Both the position numbers and the translations under genes were made by a program. Under the pieces are notes generated by a model that was not told the origin of the DNA, did no database searches, and was given only the letters and a program-made list of their open reading frames with translations. A stretch of 64,000 nucleotides of DNA from Selaginella moellendorffii (Eukaryota > Plantae > Lycopodiophyta): assembly GCF_000143415.4 (NCBI RefSeq), contig NW_003314322.1:308408-372407 (forward strand), given 5' to 3'. Positions 33,401 to 47,195 of the stretch are shown piece by piece (within the stretch, counting starts at the first letter, position 1; each line of letters opens with the position of its first letter).

Positions 33401-36400
33401 AGGTACTAAGTTACCTAGAATCGTCTTTGGGAACCTTGAAGGAACTCTGTCCCTTAGCTTGCTAAGGCCTCCCTTTTTGCAAGCTTTCCAATTGCCACAT
33501 AGTCTAACATGGACAATTCCATATTTTAGACTCTCCATGGCATCACGGTTGCTAGCGGCAACACCCTCGAGCCCCCACTTGATTCTCCACTCCCAGCTGG
33601 CATAACCAACCTTGGTTATGCCCTTCGATTCTTGTGGTTTGGCTCTATCCCCTTACTTCTTGCTTTTGGCTTTACACCTTTCCTTCGGTCATTCTCCTCC
33701 AGACCAGGAGGATAGCTTTGCACTTTCTATCATGCCTTAGCAAGTATCCTTAGGGATGAACCTACCCAATAGCCCATGGAGTGGTTCCTCAATCTGGGTA
33801 TGCTCACCTTATAATCCCACACACTGGGATTACATTGTTGCTTATGGGCCTTTACATGCCCATCACTAGCCTTGCCAAAATTCCATTTTTGGCTTTGTCC
33901 AACTCGGGTAGACAGTCCTCTCCTGTCTCCGCAACCTTGGACATTTGGATAGCACCTTCTATCCATCATTCGCTAGGGACTTAGTCCCTTGGGCCTTATC
34001 CATTGCCCTCGCGACATCAAACACCACCTTCTGGTGTTCTAGAGTGTTCGGGTGTCCCAATGATGGTCTCCTGACAATGAGCATTCCCATTTACGACATT
34101 GACTTACTATTTTGCAACTTAAGCAATTTATCCCTCGTAAGGGTATATTTAACTTCCTTATGCCATTAAGAAGTCTTTGGTAGCTACCTTCTACCCATTT
34201 AACCAATTATCTTGCACCTCTTGCTTAGTTGCCCCATAATGGTCAAGTCCTACAACTCATTGCTTGGTGCTTCCACACCTCCATCATTATCCGGGTCACC
34301 ACACTCTAACTGCATGCCTTCCAGCTTAGGCCATGCCATTCCCGCTTCCGTTGGGATTCCCTTGGCAAGGGGTTCTCATGAACCCACCATCATTACCTCA
34401 AGGTATCACACCTTGGCACATTTGGTGTCTCCACACCATCGGCTCCACGAGCCTACCTCTAGGACACTACTTATTAGTGTCTAGGTCTCGCCAAGGCCAA
34501 TATAGTTGTTTCTTATGCCAATTATCCATTAGCATTGCACCATAGTGTTTGCACCCAACTCTGGGCCAAAGTTGCTTTCTTTTGGGAGCATCTTTCCCAC
34601 AACTTTAGCATGGCACATTCTGCCATCACTGAGATACCTACTGTTCTCATACTTGGATCCTCCCCATATCTCATGGGGCACCATACACCTCAGTCCAAAT
34701 GCTTCAACCAATCCCTTAGGACCGTTTTTTGACTCCACTTGAGTCATCCAGCATTTTAGACTTTGCTAATCCAATGACCTGCGAGGTCTTGGTCTTCGAG
34801 GTGCCAACTTTGCTGGAATACCACTTCTTGTATTCAGGTCCTGCTCACAAGGACTATCTTTGCAAGTGTTCCTCCGACACTTGTTTTGTTCTCTTGGGCA
34901 ACCTTTTGCCCCTTAGGACCACTTGTCCATGTGATGAGAATACTAACTCATCCTTTGAGTACACCCCAACTCCTTGGGTTGTTCCAGTATTTATTAGAGG
35001 TAGCCCCGGCTACCATTTCGAGGACTCGTGTCCTCATCCCTACTTGACCTCTCACGGTCATCCGTTCCGGTCTCACCTTCATGAGCACCAGCCTCAACCA
35101 TGTGAGGATAAACTTGTGACTCCTTTATTGTTTTGGAGTCTCTATCTTTCCCGTGATCCCAAATATAGTTATTTACCATAACTATATTAGCCAGTTTGCT
35201 AAGTCAAACGCTCATCTGGATCACATCCTCAACTCAATGAGGAAAACCTTGCACTGTTCCCAAGATCCCAAAGTCGTTCCATTATTGGCCCCTTTTCTAT
35301 CCACCACCTTGTCTACAAGTTCACACATGAACTGTAATGGAGAGCCATGTCTTCCCGACCTGCTACTCCTCAAGGATAGGCCCACTCCTCGGACCTTCCA
35401 ATGCCAACACTAGTGGTGATATACTTGAGCACCAATAAAAGTCGGACTAAGGAACAGCTCCGATACCAAGTTGTAAGCGACTAAATTTTCCATTCTACTT
35501 TAGCCCCTTAACCACACCTCTGACCACTTGGAGGAGTCTCATTCACAACCTCCATAAGTCCAATCCAGGACTTGGGACTTGCTAGCCCCGAGAATGGCAT
35601 CCATGCCACTCAACATTTGCACTTGGTCCAAGTGCCCCACGTGTCCGATCCCATGACCGACACTCAAAGGTACCACCGACATAGCAGCCCGTTACGCTAA
35701 GGCCATGCCCAATCACCTTTGCCACACTGGTAGTCCAATACCACTTGCATCACCGTCTTGGCTCTCCAAGACTAGGCAAACCATCCGTGAGTGGTCATCT
35801 CAGATCCACTCCTTAGCATCCTTAGGATGCCCACCGACGAGGGGAATAGCCTTCCCCAATATCCCTCTGTCAGTCCCCACTAAGTCCCTTTCTGCCCCTG
35901 ACCGTGTTTGCCAACACTGCCACTGGATCGAGACCCACAGGCCCGACCACTAAGTCCCACGGTCCTCTGGGACTTCCTCACCACACGACTGTGTCCTTGG
36001 TCACTACCCCAGAGGACTGCTCCTCTTCCTTTCCACAGTCTGGGCCTTTGGGACAACATTTCGGAACACCGTGGCCTTACGCGAGCCACCTGGGTACTCT
36101 CCTCGCCTTCTGCCCTTGGGTGCTCTAGCCATGGGCTTAGAGCGGGTTCCGTTGAGCCACGCCTGGTATCCAAGTAGGTAGTGCCACCCACACTTGGACT
36201 GGGAGCATCGGCCAGTCGATCTCCCGGGGGAACTAGAGCCGGCTCTTGAACACTTCACCAAGCTACCCCGCTTGTCGGTCCGTGTTCACTCTAGTCTTGG
36301 ACTTCCCAGTGGTCAGCTCATCACCCAACACTGGGTCTGGCCTTCCTGGACCCAACTGGCCCTTCCTGGGCCAAACTGGCCCTTCCTGGCCCAACTGGCT

Positions 36401-37201
36401 CCACTGGGCTCCAACCCCCACACTCTCCCTACTATACTTTTGGAACCCCCCGCAGCCCCCCCCCCCTGGGAGACGCACGCTTTGGGCTTTCACCCCTTGA
36501 CCCGTATTAGTATTTGGACTTAGTCTCTGGCTCGATCTCGGATCCGATTTCGGATCCGACTTCGGATTCGGTCTCGGACTTGATCTCAGTCCCGGTTCCA
36601 TCTCGGACTCCATCTCGGGTCCATCTCGGACTCCATCTCGGACTCCATCTCGGACTCCATCTCGGACTCCATCTCGGACTCCATCTCGGACTCCATCTCG
36701 GGTCCATCTCGGACTCCATCTCGGACTCCGTCTCGGACTCCATATCGGACTCCGTCTCGGACTCCATATCGGACTCCATCTCGGACCCCATCTCGGGTCC
36801 ATCTCGGACTCCATATCGGCGTCCGTCTCGGTCCATCTCGGACTCCGTCTCGGTCCATCTCGGACTCCACTTCGGACTCCAACTCGGGTCCATCTCGGAC
36901 TCCACTTCGGACTCCAACTCGGGTCCATCTCGGACTCCACTTCGGACTCCAACTCGGGTCCATCTCGGACACTTCCACGTGTCATGTGTTGGTCCTTTTG
37001 GGTCCCTTTTTGGAGCCTCGCTTTTTGCTCGCTTCGTGCTCGTTCCTCGAGCACTTCTTTGGGAGTTCCACTCCCGCTCTTGACTTTTCAAGTCGGAGCT
37101 TTTGGTCCAAACGTGTTACGCTCGTTTGGCTCTCGCTTCGGCCACTACCACGTGGCGCCCTTCCGGCTCCACTTTGGGGCCTAGGGATTTTGTGTCTCAC
37201 A
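30464..37201 (-). mobile_element. Family-A LTR element (6.7 kb, non-autonomous): 5' LTR 35472-37201, PBS 35457-35468, truncated 3' LTR 30464-31493
   Basis: Perfect TSD CTTGC (30459-30463 / 37202-37206); near-identical LTRs; no gag/pol ORF. Confidence 0.9.
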
Positions 37202-40200
37202 CTTGCTCTTGGGCTCATAAGAAGGATTAAGTTGTTCCATTTGCATGAGCTTGAGCTTGGGCTTGTGAGTGAGGCACATTAGCAACTCAAGGTTACACTT
37301 TGAGTTGGCAGGATTAATGTTAGCCTATCGGTGGTTTCATGAGTTGTTCCATGTATATAGATGAAAGTAAACCTTCTCTGGGTTTGCTACGAGTGGCAAA
37401 TAGGCTGGTCCGTAGCTGTTTAGCATGGCACTAGTGGATCCTTCCTAGGCATGATTACAAATGGATCAATCAAGACTGTAGGGATTAGGCTATTGGTTCA
37501 AGTAATCATGGCCGTGCTCTCTCATAAACTTTTCTTGGATTGGACTGAAGGCAGTGCAAAAGTAAGCTAGAGGTTCGGTCAAAGTTAAGACCGAAAAAAA
37601 AGTTGTCAGGAACGAAGGATTAAACACGTAAATCATCTCCTCTTCTTTGAGAGATGATTTACAACGAGGTATAACTTATTGCTCGTGTTCACAATATGCA
37701 ATCAGAAGTCCCTACCTTGATGCATGTTAGAGATGATAGTCTTACAAATGGTGAGTTATGGGGTAGATAGCGGTGAAGCGCTCAACCATTTTGTCTAAAC
37801 TTGTTATTGGAAGACTTGGGTTGCAATGCTTAATTCTTTTCCGGGGAACCTTGCTATTGCTCCTTGAGTAGCTTGGTATTAGATTACTGTTGAGTTTGGT
37901 TGGAAAGAGAGTGGCATAAGCTTGTTTGTGTTGTGAACAAAAGTTGGTGGTGTTGGGTGTTGTAAATCTCTATTGGTGGAGTGTGATATTTATGTTGTAT
38001 TTTGTCAAATCGAGTTGACACTTGATACTCATATAAACCTTTGTAGTAGTGACATGTGCATTGCTCTTGGTATTGCTCAATTGATGATCAAGTCATTATG
38101 ATACTTATATCATATTTATATGATAATGAGCAATGTGTTTGCGAAGTTGTTTGGTTAAACGATGATCAAACCCAAAGTGGTTGATGGTGAAGCTAGTCTA
38201 CTTGGACAAAGTAGCATCATAGTAGCTTTGACTGGATTTTCGATGGTGGTCCATTATGATAAGTTTAAGTTGGTACCTTGTTTCCTTAAGTTTGCCTATA
38301 AGGTGTTGAAAAAGGGTTATAGCATTCACTTGTTATAATTTGTTGGTTGATCCGTTAGCACTTAGAGTAGATTGTTGGATGGAGAAGGTGTGCAGTTGAG
38401 GCATTGACATCACTAGCACTTGTGTTAGTGGAAGTGGCATTGTTATTTCAAGTGATAAGGAATTTTTCTTAGACTTTGAATTTTCATGTCATTTTTTTTG
38501 TTAGTGTTTGGGCTTCACATTTGATCTTGAAAATGGTTGAAGAAAAGTGTTAGTGCAATATGAATATCTAAAGATGTGGTCTTCGTGATCAAGCCTTGAA
38601 TATTTACTTTGCATTTTGCAAATATCGGTGTTGGATATCAGAAAAATGGGCAAAGACATTCGATGCTTAAGCATATTGTTGGACCATAGGAATTTGTGTT
38701 GAGGTGAACCTATGTGAAGTTGTTGGTAGGAGGAAGTTGGTTGAGTCTTAAAAGTTTGCAATTCTGGATTGAGAGTCATTCTTTCTCTAGGATGGAAATT
38801 TTCCACAAATGTTCTTAAGCTTCTCCAATAGCTGATTTGTGGATCACTTTGCTCGAAAACCATTCCGTTTTCGTAAGCCAGTACAAACTAGTGAAAGGGT
38901 TGAAGTTGACTTTATTTAACTTGGACCTTGGTAGGTAGTTTGTATGATGTGGCCCGAAAAGGATGTTGACTTTTGGGGCTAAGGCAATTTGGTTGGATAG
39001 AGTCTGGAGTTGGTGTAAAAAAGTGGCCGTTGCACTTTTCTAGAAAGGTGACACTTGTGCCTTTCTTCTGTAGCGTTGTGTTTGGTGGCAAGTTGCACCT
39101 TGCATTTTGTTAAACTCTATGAGAGTAGTGAACTCTCACTGATCTTGACTTGGTTTTGGTAGCTTGCGCCTTGGTTGAGAATGGTGATGTCCAACTTAGT
39201 TGTTTGAGGTTGAAATGTTGGTACCCATGCTATAGCTTTGTCTATGAGGAGGTTGTGTACCAATATGAGTCCATCTCATAATCTTCACTTTAGTTTCGAC
39301 TAAGTGTTGATCAAGCATAGCTAGCCTCTTCAAGGTATGCTCAGAGCTGTTAGCTAAACACATTAGTGAGCTTATTGTGGTTGAGTTGGATTCGAGTGGT
39401 CATTTAGTTCATGCTTATCCATAAACCTATATCTCATACTTAAGGTGTTACGTTCATGTTGGATAAGTATGTGACTCGATGATATGAGTTTAGTGTTGGG
39501 TCTTGTGAAGGCAAGTTGAAGGGTGATTGTTGGTTGCTTTGCAACTAATGATTGCTTATAGACTTTGTCAAGGACTGTTAACACTTGTTTCACTCAATGA
39601 AGATTTATCAATAATGGGTTTGCTTTACTGGATGGTGTTGCGGAGGATCCTGTCGTTAGACTTATATGGGTTTTCCATGTTGGCATGTCAACTCTACCGT
39701 TGTTGATATCATTTGGTTGTGTTTAATCTATAGTGTTGGATTTCATTGAGTCTTGGACGTGGTGAATCACTCCTTGATGATATGTTATCTGTAATTGAGT
39801 ATTGTTGGAGGACTAGTCTCAGATACTGAGTAAAGTATCTTTGACTTTGGTTAGTTTAGTTGCTGGAGAGTTTTGAGTGGTGATTCACTCTTACTTTCTT
39901 CTAGCTTTGTTATGGTGTTGATGACATTGAAGTAATGCCTTGTCGTTGACATTATTGATGTTAAGATTCAAGTGGAATGAGATGTCTCTCCGTATGATTG
40001 ATATTAAGTTTCATTAGTCTCGATGAAGATAGTGTTGATGATTTGGCTATGGCTTTGTGTTATTAGCATTCATGCATTTGCTAGTTAGCAACTTTATTGA
40101 GTGGCAAGTTGAGTGGCAAGTTTGAGTTAGTTGTGTTTTAGATGAGATTATTTAATAGGGGTTGAGCTTTGAGCTTTTCCTTGAAAAGTGATTCAGTCGT

Positions 40201-41498
40201 GGACTATGCTAACTCTACAAGCGGAAGAGTTAGTGATCAATATTGAAATGTTTGAATCCTTATAGAATTTGAGTTGGGATGTATCGATCATTAATGATTC
40301 TTTTTGTGCTTGTTATGAAGTGAGTTACGTCGTGCTATAAATGGATTCATGGAGGATCGTTTAGTGATCACTTGTTGAGCATAGCTCCATTATACTTAAC
40401 TTTTGGATTGATACAGATGTGCTCTTCATTAGCTTTGCATTATGAAATTTAACTTCTTGATGTATTGAGGAAGATATTGTGGGTTATACCAAAGTTAGTC
40501 CATGTGAGACTCGTGTGATCGTTGTTAGACAAGACTTGGCTATACACTTCTTCGAGCTCTTAGTTCTTTGAGTTTTATGCTCATTGTTCCATTTGTTAAG
40601 AGTTGTTGGGGAAGGCATTTTAGATCATTAGCTTTGATGTTGAAGTTGGCTTTTGCATCTAGCAATCATTAATGATAATTTACTATCATCTAGAATAGTT
40701 GATTATCCTTATCAAAGCTTTTACTTGATTATTGTTGATATAAGAATGATTTGCCATTCTTCGGGATGGTAAATTATTTCTTCAACGATGATTATACATC
40801 TCTTCATTGGTGGGATGATTGATGTTCTTCCATGATAGTTAGTTATTCTCTTTGGTGGCTTATGGCTTTTCGCAATACCACATGTTCTTTATGGTTTACT
40901 CTGGATTGGTCTCTTGGGTTTGAGACATTAGTAGGATGTTGCTGACACTTGCTTGAGCAACTCTAGTTCCTTGGTATTATTGACCGGGATCTATTCAAAT
41001 TAGCTTCTGTGATAGTTGACATGAATGAGTGTTTATTAGTTTTGCCACATTCATTCAAGCTCTATTTCGTTAAAGTGGGAATTGTCATTATCCCACTTGT
41101 AAAATAAGGTTTCCAAACCTTTATATAGTATATAAATATAACAAAATTCAACTGCATTGAGGCACATGCCATTTTATTTTAAACAAGGAAATGTCTACTC
41201 AATCACTTCTCCTCCCCCTGCCACTGCTTCACCTCTCTCTTCTCCTTGTTATCGTCGTCCAATTTCTTTCCATCCTTTTAATATTGGCTCAGTTGATCCG
41301 AGTCTAGGTGGAGCCCAAGTCCCCATTCAATCTTTACTTTCCCCTTATTAATAAAACAACTTCGTAGACTTCCAATAACATGCTGTAACACTTCTAGTAT
41401 AATGCAAATCCTCTCAAAGAATTGTCTTTTAATATTAATACAATGGCATGGAACCCCATGCCATAATAAGTTACATTTTTAAATAAATACATGCCATC

Positions 41499-44400
41499 TC
41501 AGACTGTTATTTTTTGCCTCCAACGCCTATACAATAATCTTGGAATTTCATCACTCTCCACACTATCAGGATTTAAACCCAATAGTAATGCCATCTCTTC
41601 TCTAATACATCCACGCTCATGTTCAGTGGTCGAAGAACCCATCCGGTTGAGCAGATTATGGAGATGCGGATAGTGCTTGGCTAGACAATATACATGCCAT
41701 AAATGATGATTGGTGTCTGTCCGATCAAATGGCTTCTGATATACCGTTCCATCTGCCATTTGGTTGATTTCTGCAGCCACCTCCTGGATTGGCCGGTTCT
41801 CTATCACCATCGCTTCAAGCCGTTTTGCAAGGTCCCCCAGAACATACGGTTTCTTCTCCCTAGTTTCCATACTGCAAGAGATGGGGTGCACTGCATATAT
41901 GTGCGTGTTTGCTGCAGTTTTAATCGGCGAGTTATCGATGATGAGGATTTCACTTGACCTAGCAGTCCGGTTCATCACTACAGCCTCTGGCTTGACGAAG
42001 ATGGGCTTGCTACCCCTCACATGGACCATAGTCAAGCAATCCTCCTGCGTTAGGAGAAAGTCAAATGGTAATATTACTCGCGTCTGATCGTGCATCATCT
42101 GTAGCAACGTTAATGCATTGTGGCGCATCATGGATGTCCAAACTCCCAATTGCAAATTGAACCCGGCCCTCTGTTTTAAGTGTCGCATGGTCATTATTAG
42201 ATCCCGCAGTTTCTCCCGTGTGATTAATGTGAATCTGTCTCTTTTGACCAACTTGCGACCGCAGGCTTTGGAGGGTGCAGTGACATTCGAGGACGAGCCA
42301 CGCTCATGGGAGAAAAGGACACCGTTCAGATCAAAAACGATACAGTACTTTCGCCGTGACTCTGAAATGAAATGCGTCAGCATAAAAAATGGTACAAGTC
42401 AATTTTACCATCTACAATATTAGCGAATGGTGCTCCCGATGGTCGTTCAGAGGGTTTTGGTCAAGGAAATGTGAAGGGCGGAAATACTCTCCTCTGCAAT
42501 GTGGGGTCAATCGCATCCGATGGCGTGTGGGCACATGCCATTTCAGCTGTAGACTCTAGTACAACTGGCTCAACAGTGGCATGGGGTGGTTCCGATGGCG
42601 TGTGATCACACGCCATTTCAGCTGGTGCCTCCGTTGGCAAAGTGGACATGACCGAACAGGCAGTAGGGGCGGTATAGGGAGGTTCCAACAGCGCGTAGTC
42701 AGACGATTGGGCACACGTTGAGTCCGTTGGAAATGAGGATACGACCGGCTCGGCGGCTGGGGCGGCCTCATGCGGGTCCAATGGCGCCTGGTCACCGTCA
42801 GTTGGATACGTGGACAAGATTGACTCAGTGGTATGGGCAGCATCAAGTGGAGCGTGGTCAGCTTGCTTGGCGTTGATATGGATAGTAGCCTCCACCAGCT
42901 CTAATGACTCTTGCAGGCAAGTAGAGTCCACTGGCGGATCCATATGCATGTCCAAATATCTCCCTTCGATTGAGATGGTATCCTCCCTACTGGCTACTAA
43001 AAACAAACTCATTAGCACATTAAATCGACTATACTGTATTTACCATCAACTGCTATTGAGGAACTAGGACCGATATCACTTGGGCGCACTGCTGATTCCG
43101 AAGGATTGGACATACGTTTCGACCCTTGCTTGGCACTATCCTTCCTCGACACTAAAGGCTAGAGTTTGTATCTTAATTCAACTGAATAATCTCTACTTAC
43201 CATTTCTTTTGCGACCTACATGGACAATGTTAGAAATGGTAAAAGGTTAGGAATGGATGTACTATTATTTACCTGATGGTTTGTCTTGTATGACCTTCCT
43301 CCGCTGCTCTTTGGCCACCTCAGGCTGGCCATCGTCGTCATCATCGTCATCGTCGTTATTGTGATCGTCACCATTGTGAGGACCATCCAAGTCCTCTTCG
43401 TCCTCCTCTTCTTCGTCCTCCTCTTCTTTGTCCTCCTCTTCGTCCTTCTGCTCTTCCTGCTCATTATCTTTCTCTGGCTCCTCATCCCCCTCCTGCATTT
43501 CTTCCATAGGCTGCTCAGGCTGGATGGCTTGTTCTTCCAGGACCATCTTGGGAAAATCATCTGGCCGAGTCTCCATCTCAAAATACAAGACATCCATAGC
43601 CTGTTTTAGTGCTTGACCTAGGACCGTATCCTCACCCGACTGTCTTAACATGGTTTCTGCACGTTCTTGCACCCTTCGAAGACGACGAGATAGGCACTCA
43701 CATTGGTGGAGGTGAGGGGCACCTTTGATTGTCCCTGAGGAGTGCTTGGATTTGGGATTTTGATTTAGATCTAGCTTTTGCATCGGAGAAAAACGTGGCC
43801 CTGACTTGAAAAGCATCCCTCATCCATTGTACCTCTCCATTGAGATTGGGGAAGGGGAGTCTGCCATAGGAATCTGAGTCAGGAGGTGGTGACTGGCTCC
43901 TTTCACTCAACCCTTGATCTGCAATGAATGGCATGAGTACACACGCCATAACCGCGAGGCATTATCTATCATCTTTTCGTTGCCCTTCTTCCTTTTCGAA
44001 TCAAACGCCTCTGATCCCGACGACTGTCCAACGTGCTTTCGCTTTTTATGACCACTGTCAGTTTGAGCTTGGCTGGTGCTTGCCTGTTTTGCCTTTGAAG
44101 AAGTGTCTCCTGCAAGGAATGGCATGAGACCACACGCCATTGCAAATATAATTTGTACCTCCTTTTTTCCTATTGCTTGTCTGTTTGTCCTTCTTCGACG
44201 CGCCACCAGTGCGCTTTTCAGTCCTCGTGTCTGAATATTCACAACGATCTATAATCAAAATGGCGTGAGGCCTCACATGACCTTACCTTGTGCAGGTTGT
44301 GAGCTCGGCCTAACATCAGTAGCTGTTAACGCCGTTTCAGCATCTGGGGGTGGCCACGCTCTTGCATACAGAGCTTGTGAGATAACATTTAAACTTAAAG

Positions 44401-47195
44401 TGCGTACTCACCAGGTTCGCAGAGAAGATACTGTTTTTCTTTGGCAACTGTAATTATATGCTCCATTGAAGTCACCTCTTCAATGGAGTTTGTCACCGCA
44501 ACACACGGGACACCCTTGAGTAGTGCGGCTCGAAAGAATAGTCCGCCGCAGTTGTACTCGACAACGCATTTGCCCTTGGAGTCACCCGCTATTGCGTTGA
44601 AGACCCAGCTGAGCATTTCCCATGCTGCACCTGGAGCTTTCTTTGGATTCGAAAGCTCCATAGCCGTCTTCAGTTCCTCAGGCACGGGTAAATTGACCTC
44701 CCTCAGATCAATTTGATCGGCCTTGTCGAACGAAGCTGGGAAGTCACTCCAGTCCCACTCTGCTGCAGGACCAATAACAAGGGCGAGTGTGAAGATGCGG
44801 ACATTCGTCGGTATCTTCTTCTTAGCCATTATCCCATGGATCTCCCGCATCTCCTTGCCTTTCAACTGAGCCTTCACCTCGTTCAAGGCCTTCTAGAACT
44901 TGTGATAGGATTCGGAGTCATAGATCATATAGTGGACTGAAGATTCCACCTCCGCAAGTCCCACCATTAAGTCAATGATGGAGCTGACTTCGTCTGCATG
45001 AGTGATCTCTTTGTTTGTGAAATCCATCACACAAAAGATGTTCTTGACCTGCTCATCTCCGCGGGAAACGATGCTCCTCCACCTTTGATCCTCATCCGAA
45101 TTCACGTATACCCGGTAAGGTTCTCGATAGGCCTTTGCTGCGGGGTCGAGCTGTTTCTAAAGCCGGCGGTCGACATCCCTCTTAATGAAATTTGGATACT
45201 GATCCAACTTCTCAGCTTTACTTTTCGTGGCATCCCGCAGCAGATCGATGAACTTGGGGGCCCCCTTCACGTACTCGTCGATGTCTTCATTTGACAAGTC
45301 CAGCTCTTCCATCATCTCTTGCGTGGTGTCGATGCTCACCCTCTCCACGGCCACTTGCTCGAAGATCCAATCCTTCAATAGCGCACGAGCTCTCAGAGTC
45401 GTGCACAAGTCCTCGTATGTCACAATATGGCCGGGAGTCATTTTGGTCTTGTTGAAGACTACCTCACCACGTAGAAGAGCATTAGCCACTGTCAGAAGGT
45501 CGTCGTCGTCTAGAGACCGCGAGAAACGCAAGGCGTTGAGCTTCAAATCATTGGGCTTCCGACCGTCCTCCACACCCATTGAGTTTAGCAACTCCCCGTC
45601 ATGGTACCTCCTCAGCACATCTACCCATTTGTCAAAAACAACTTTTGTCGCGAGTAGAATGTTATGGATGCTGAGTGTGTCAATGACCCCCAGTGTTTTC
45701 GAGAGAAGACTCGAGAATTCCTGCAATGGAAATGGCGTGAGGCCATATGCTATGCCACATGCAACGAGGCTTACCTGCCAGGCGCTAGTTGCTAGTGCAC
45801 ATCCTTGTCCTGGTTTTTGTGGCTTCTTCAGTTGAACCCAGAGCTTCCGTGTTCGTGCCAATGTCTCGTGCAGACCCGATTTGTAGCACGTTTCTTGCTT
45901 GACATTCTGCGTGTGGGAGATGTATATGATAGATCGGAGGGGCGAGTTGCCTTTTATCAGGCGGACAACTCTTGTCTTGAAGACTTTCTTCACCTCCTCG
46001 CCCACCATAATATCCACAACTATCTGTTGCATCGCCAAGCTAGAATGCTGCCTGGAGACGGCATAGAACCGGATGTTCTGATCGTCCAACACCTTCCTAT
46101 TGATCAAGTCTAGAAACCTCGTGTCGCCCTTCATTGTTCGGTAGTAGGGGATCACGTCTGCGATGTCGGGTGTTACTGGACTTGCCAGCATCTTCTGCTT
46201 CAGTTTCTCCACCCACTCATCAGATACTAACCTGTGGTTGTATTTGCTTTGGATGTCGATACGGCTCACGTCGATTGTATATACTTTGTTGGAATAGTAA
46301 CAAGTACTATTATCTGCGACGATTTTTGCTGCCTCTTCTTGCTCTTTCTGCTCTTTGCGGCTCTTCTTTTTGGTGGGTGTAGTGTTCAAACCCGAGGCAA
46401 TGGCATCACCGAGTAGCTTCTTTTTTGGAGCAGCAGAGTCGGACGTCGGCTTGAGCTTGACCACCCTTTTCTGCTTTGGGGTAGTTTCCAGATCGACCCC
46501 CTTCCCCTTCGCTCCACGAACTGGAGGCACTCTCAACGGCTCAATGTTGGAATATAGTTTTTGAACATCGCCGTAGGTGAGGTCCGTGGATTCCATGTGA
46601 TCTTCATAGACCTGCAGCGTCTTTGAAATTGTGGGCCTCCTAGACAACCTCTCCCTAGCTCCCTCTAGGAATTCCTCATAGCCGCTGCCCCCCTCCGGGA
46701 AGCCGCTAGGATGTGCAAGGTGGATCTTGAAGGCGGACGCTATCTCTACCACAAGTGCCAGTCCATATTCTTGCATGGAACTGCATGGAGTGTCTGTCAC
46801 TTGGATGAGGATCCCCATGCATTCTTTTCTCCCACCATCTGTGTTGTACAGCATCAGATCCTCGCCTTCCAACTCGAAAGTCCAACTGGTGAGCTCCTCC
46901 CCCTTCTTTGCATCCACATTGACAGTGGCTGGAAGAAGAATGCAATTCCTCGCCTGTTCAGAAATGCACAACAATTAGAGCTGACAGATGAAAAGCTAGC
47001 AGCTGGAAATAACGTGAGGCCACACGCCATTCACCACTGCATCAGATGTCTTGAGGCTGCATCCTAAGATGGCGTGAGGCTACACGCCATCTGTAACCGG
47101 ACTGCACTCAAGAGCCCAATCGGTGCATGCCAATGTTGCTACTGAATGGCATGTGGCCTCATGCCATTTTCTACTTGGCCTAAAAGACTTACCAT
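41499..47195 (-). pseudogene. Spliced cargo gene, copy 2 (ParB-like/MTase-like/FCP1-like), with no LTR insertion but several nonsense mutations
   Basis: 5697-nt span minus 744 nt of predicted introns = 4953 nt (1651 codons); stops at 45157, 44893 and 42461; one donor GT changed to AT at ~43965. Confidence 0.75.

Noticed and set aside
37207-41052. Protein-coding gene in the T/G-rich family-C internal region
   Set aside because: No long ORF or recognisable motif; cannot be assigned to copia or gypsy pol by eye
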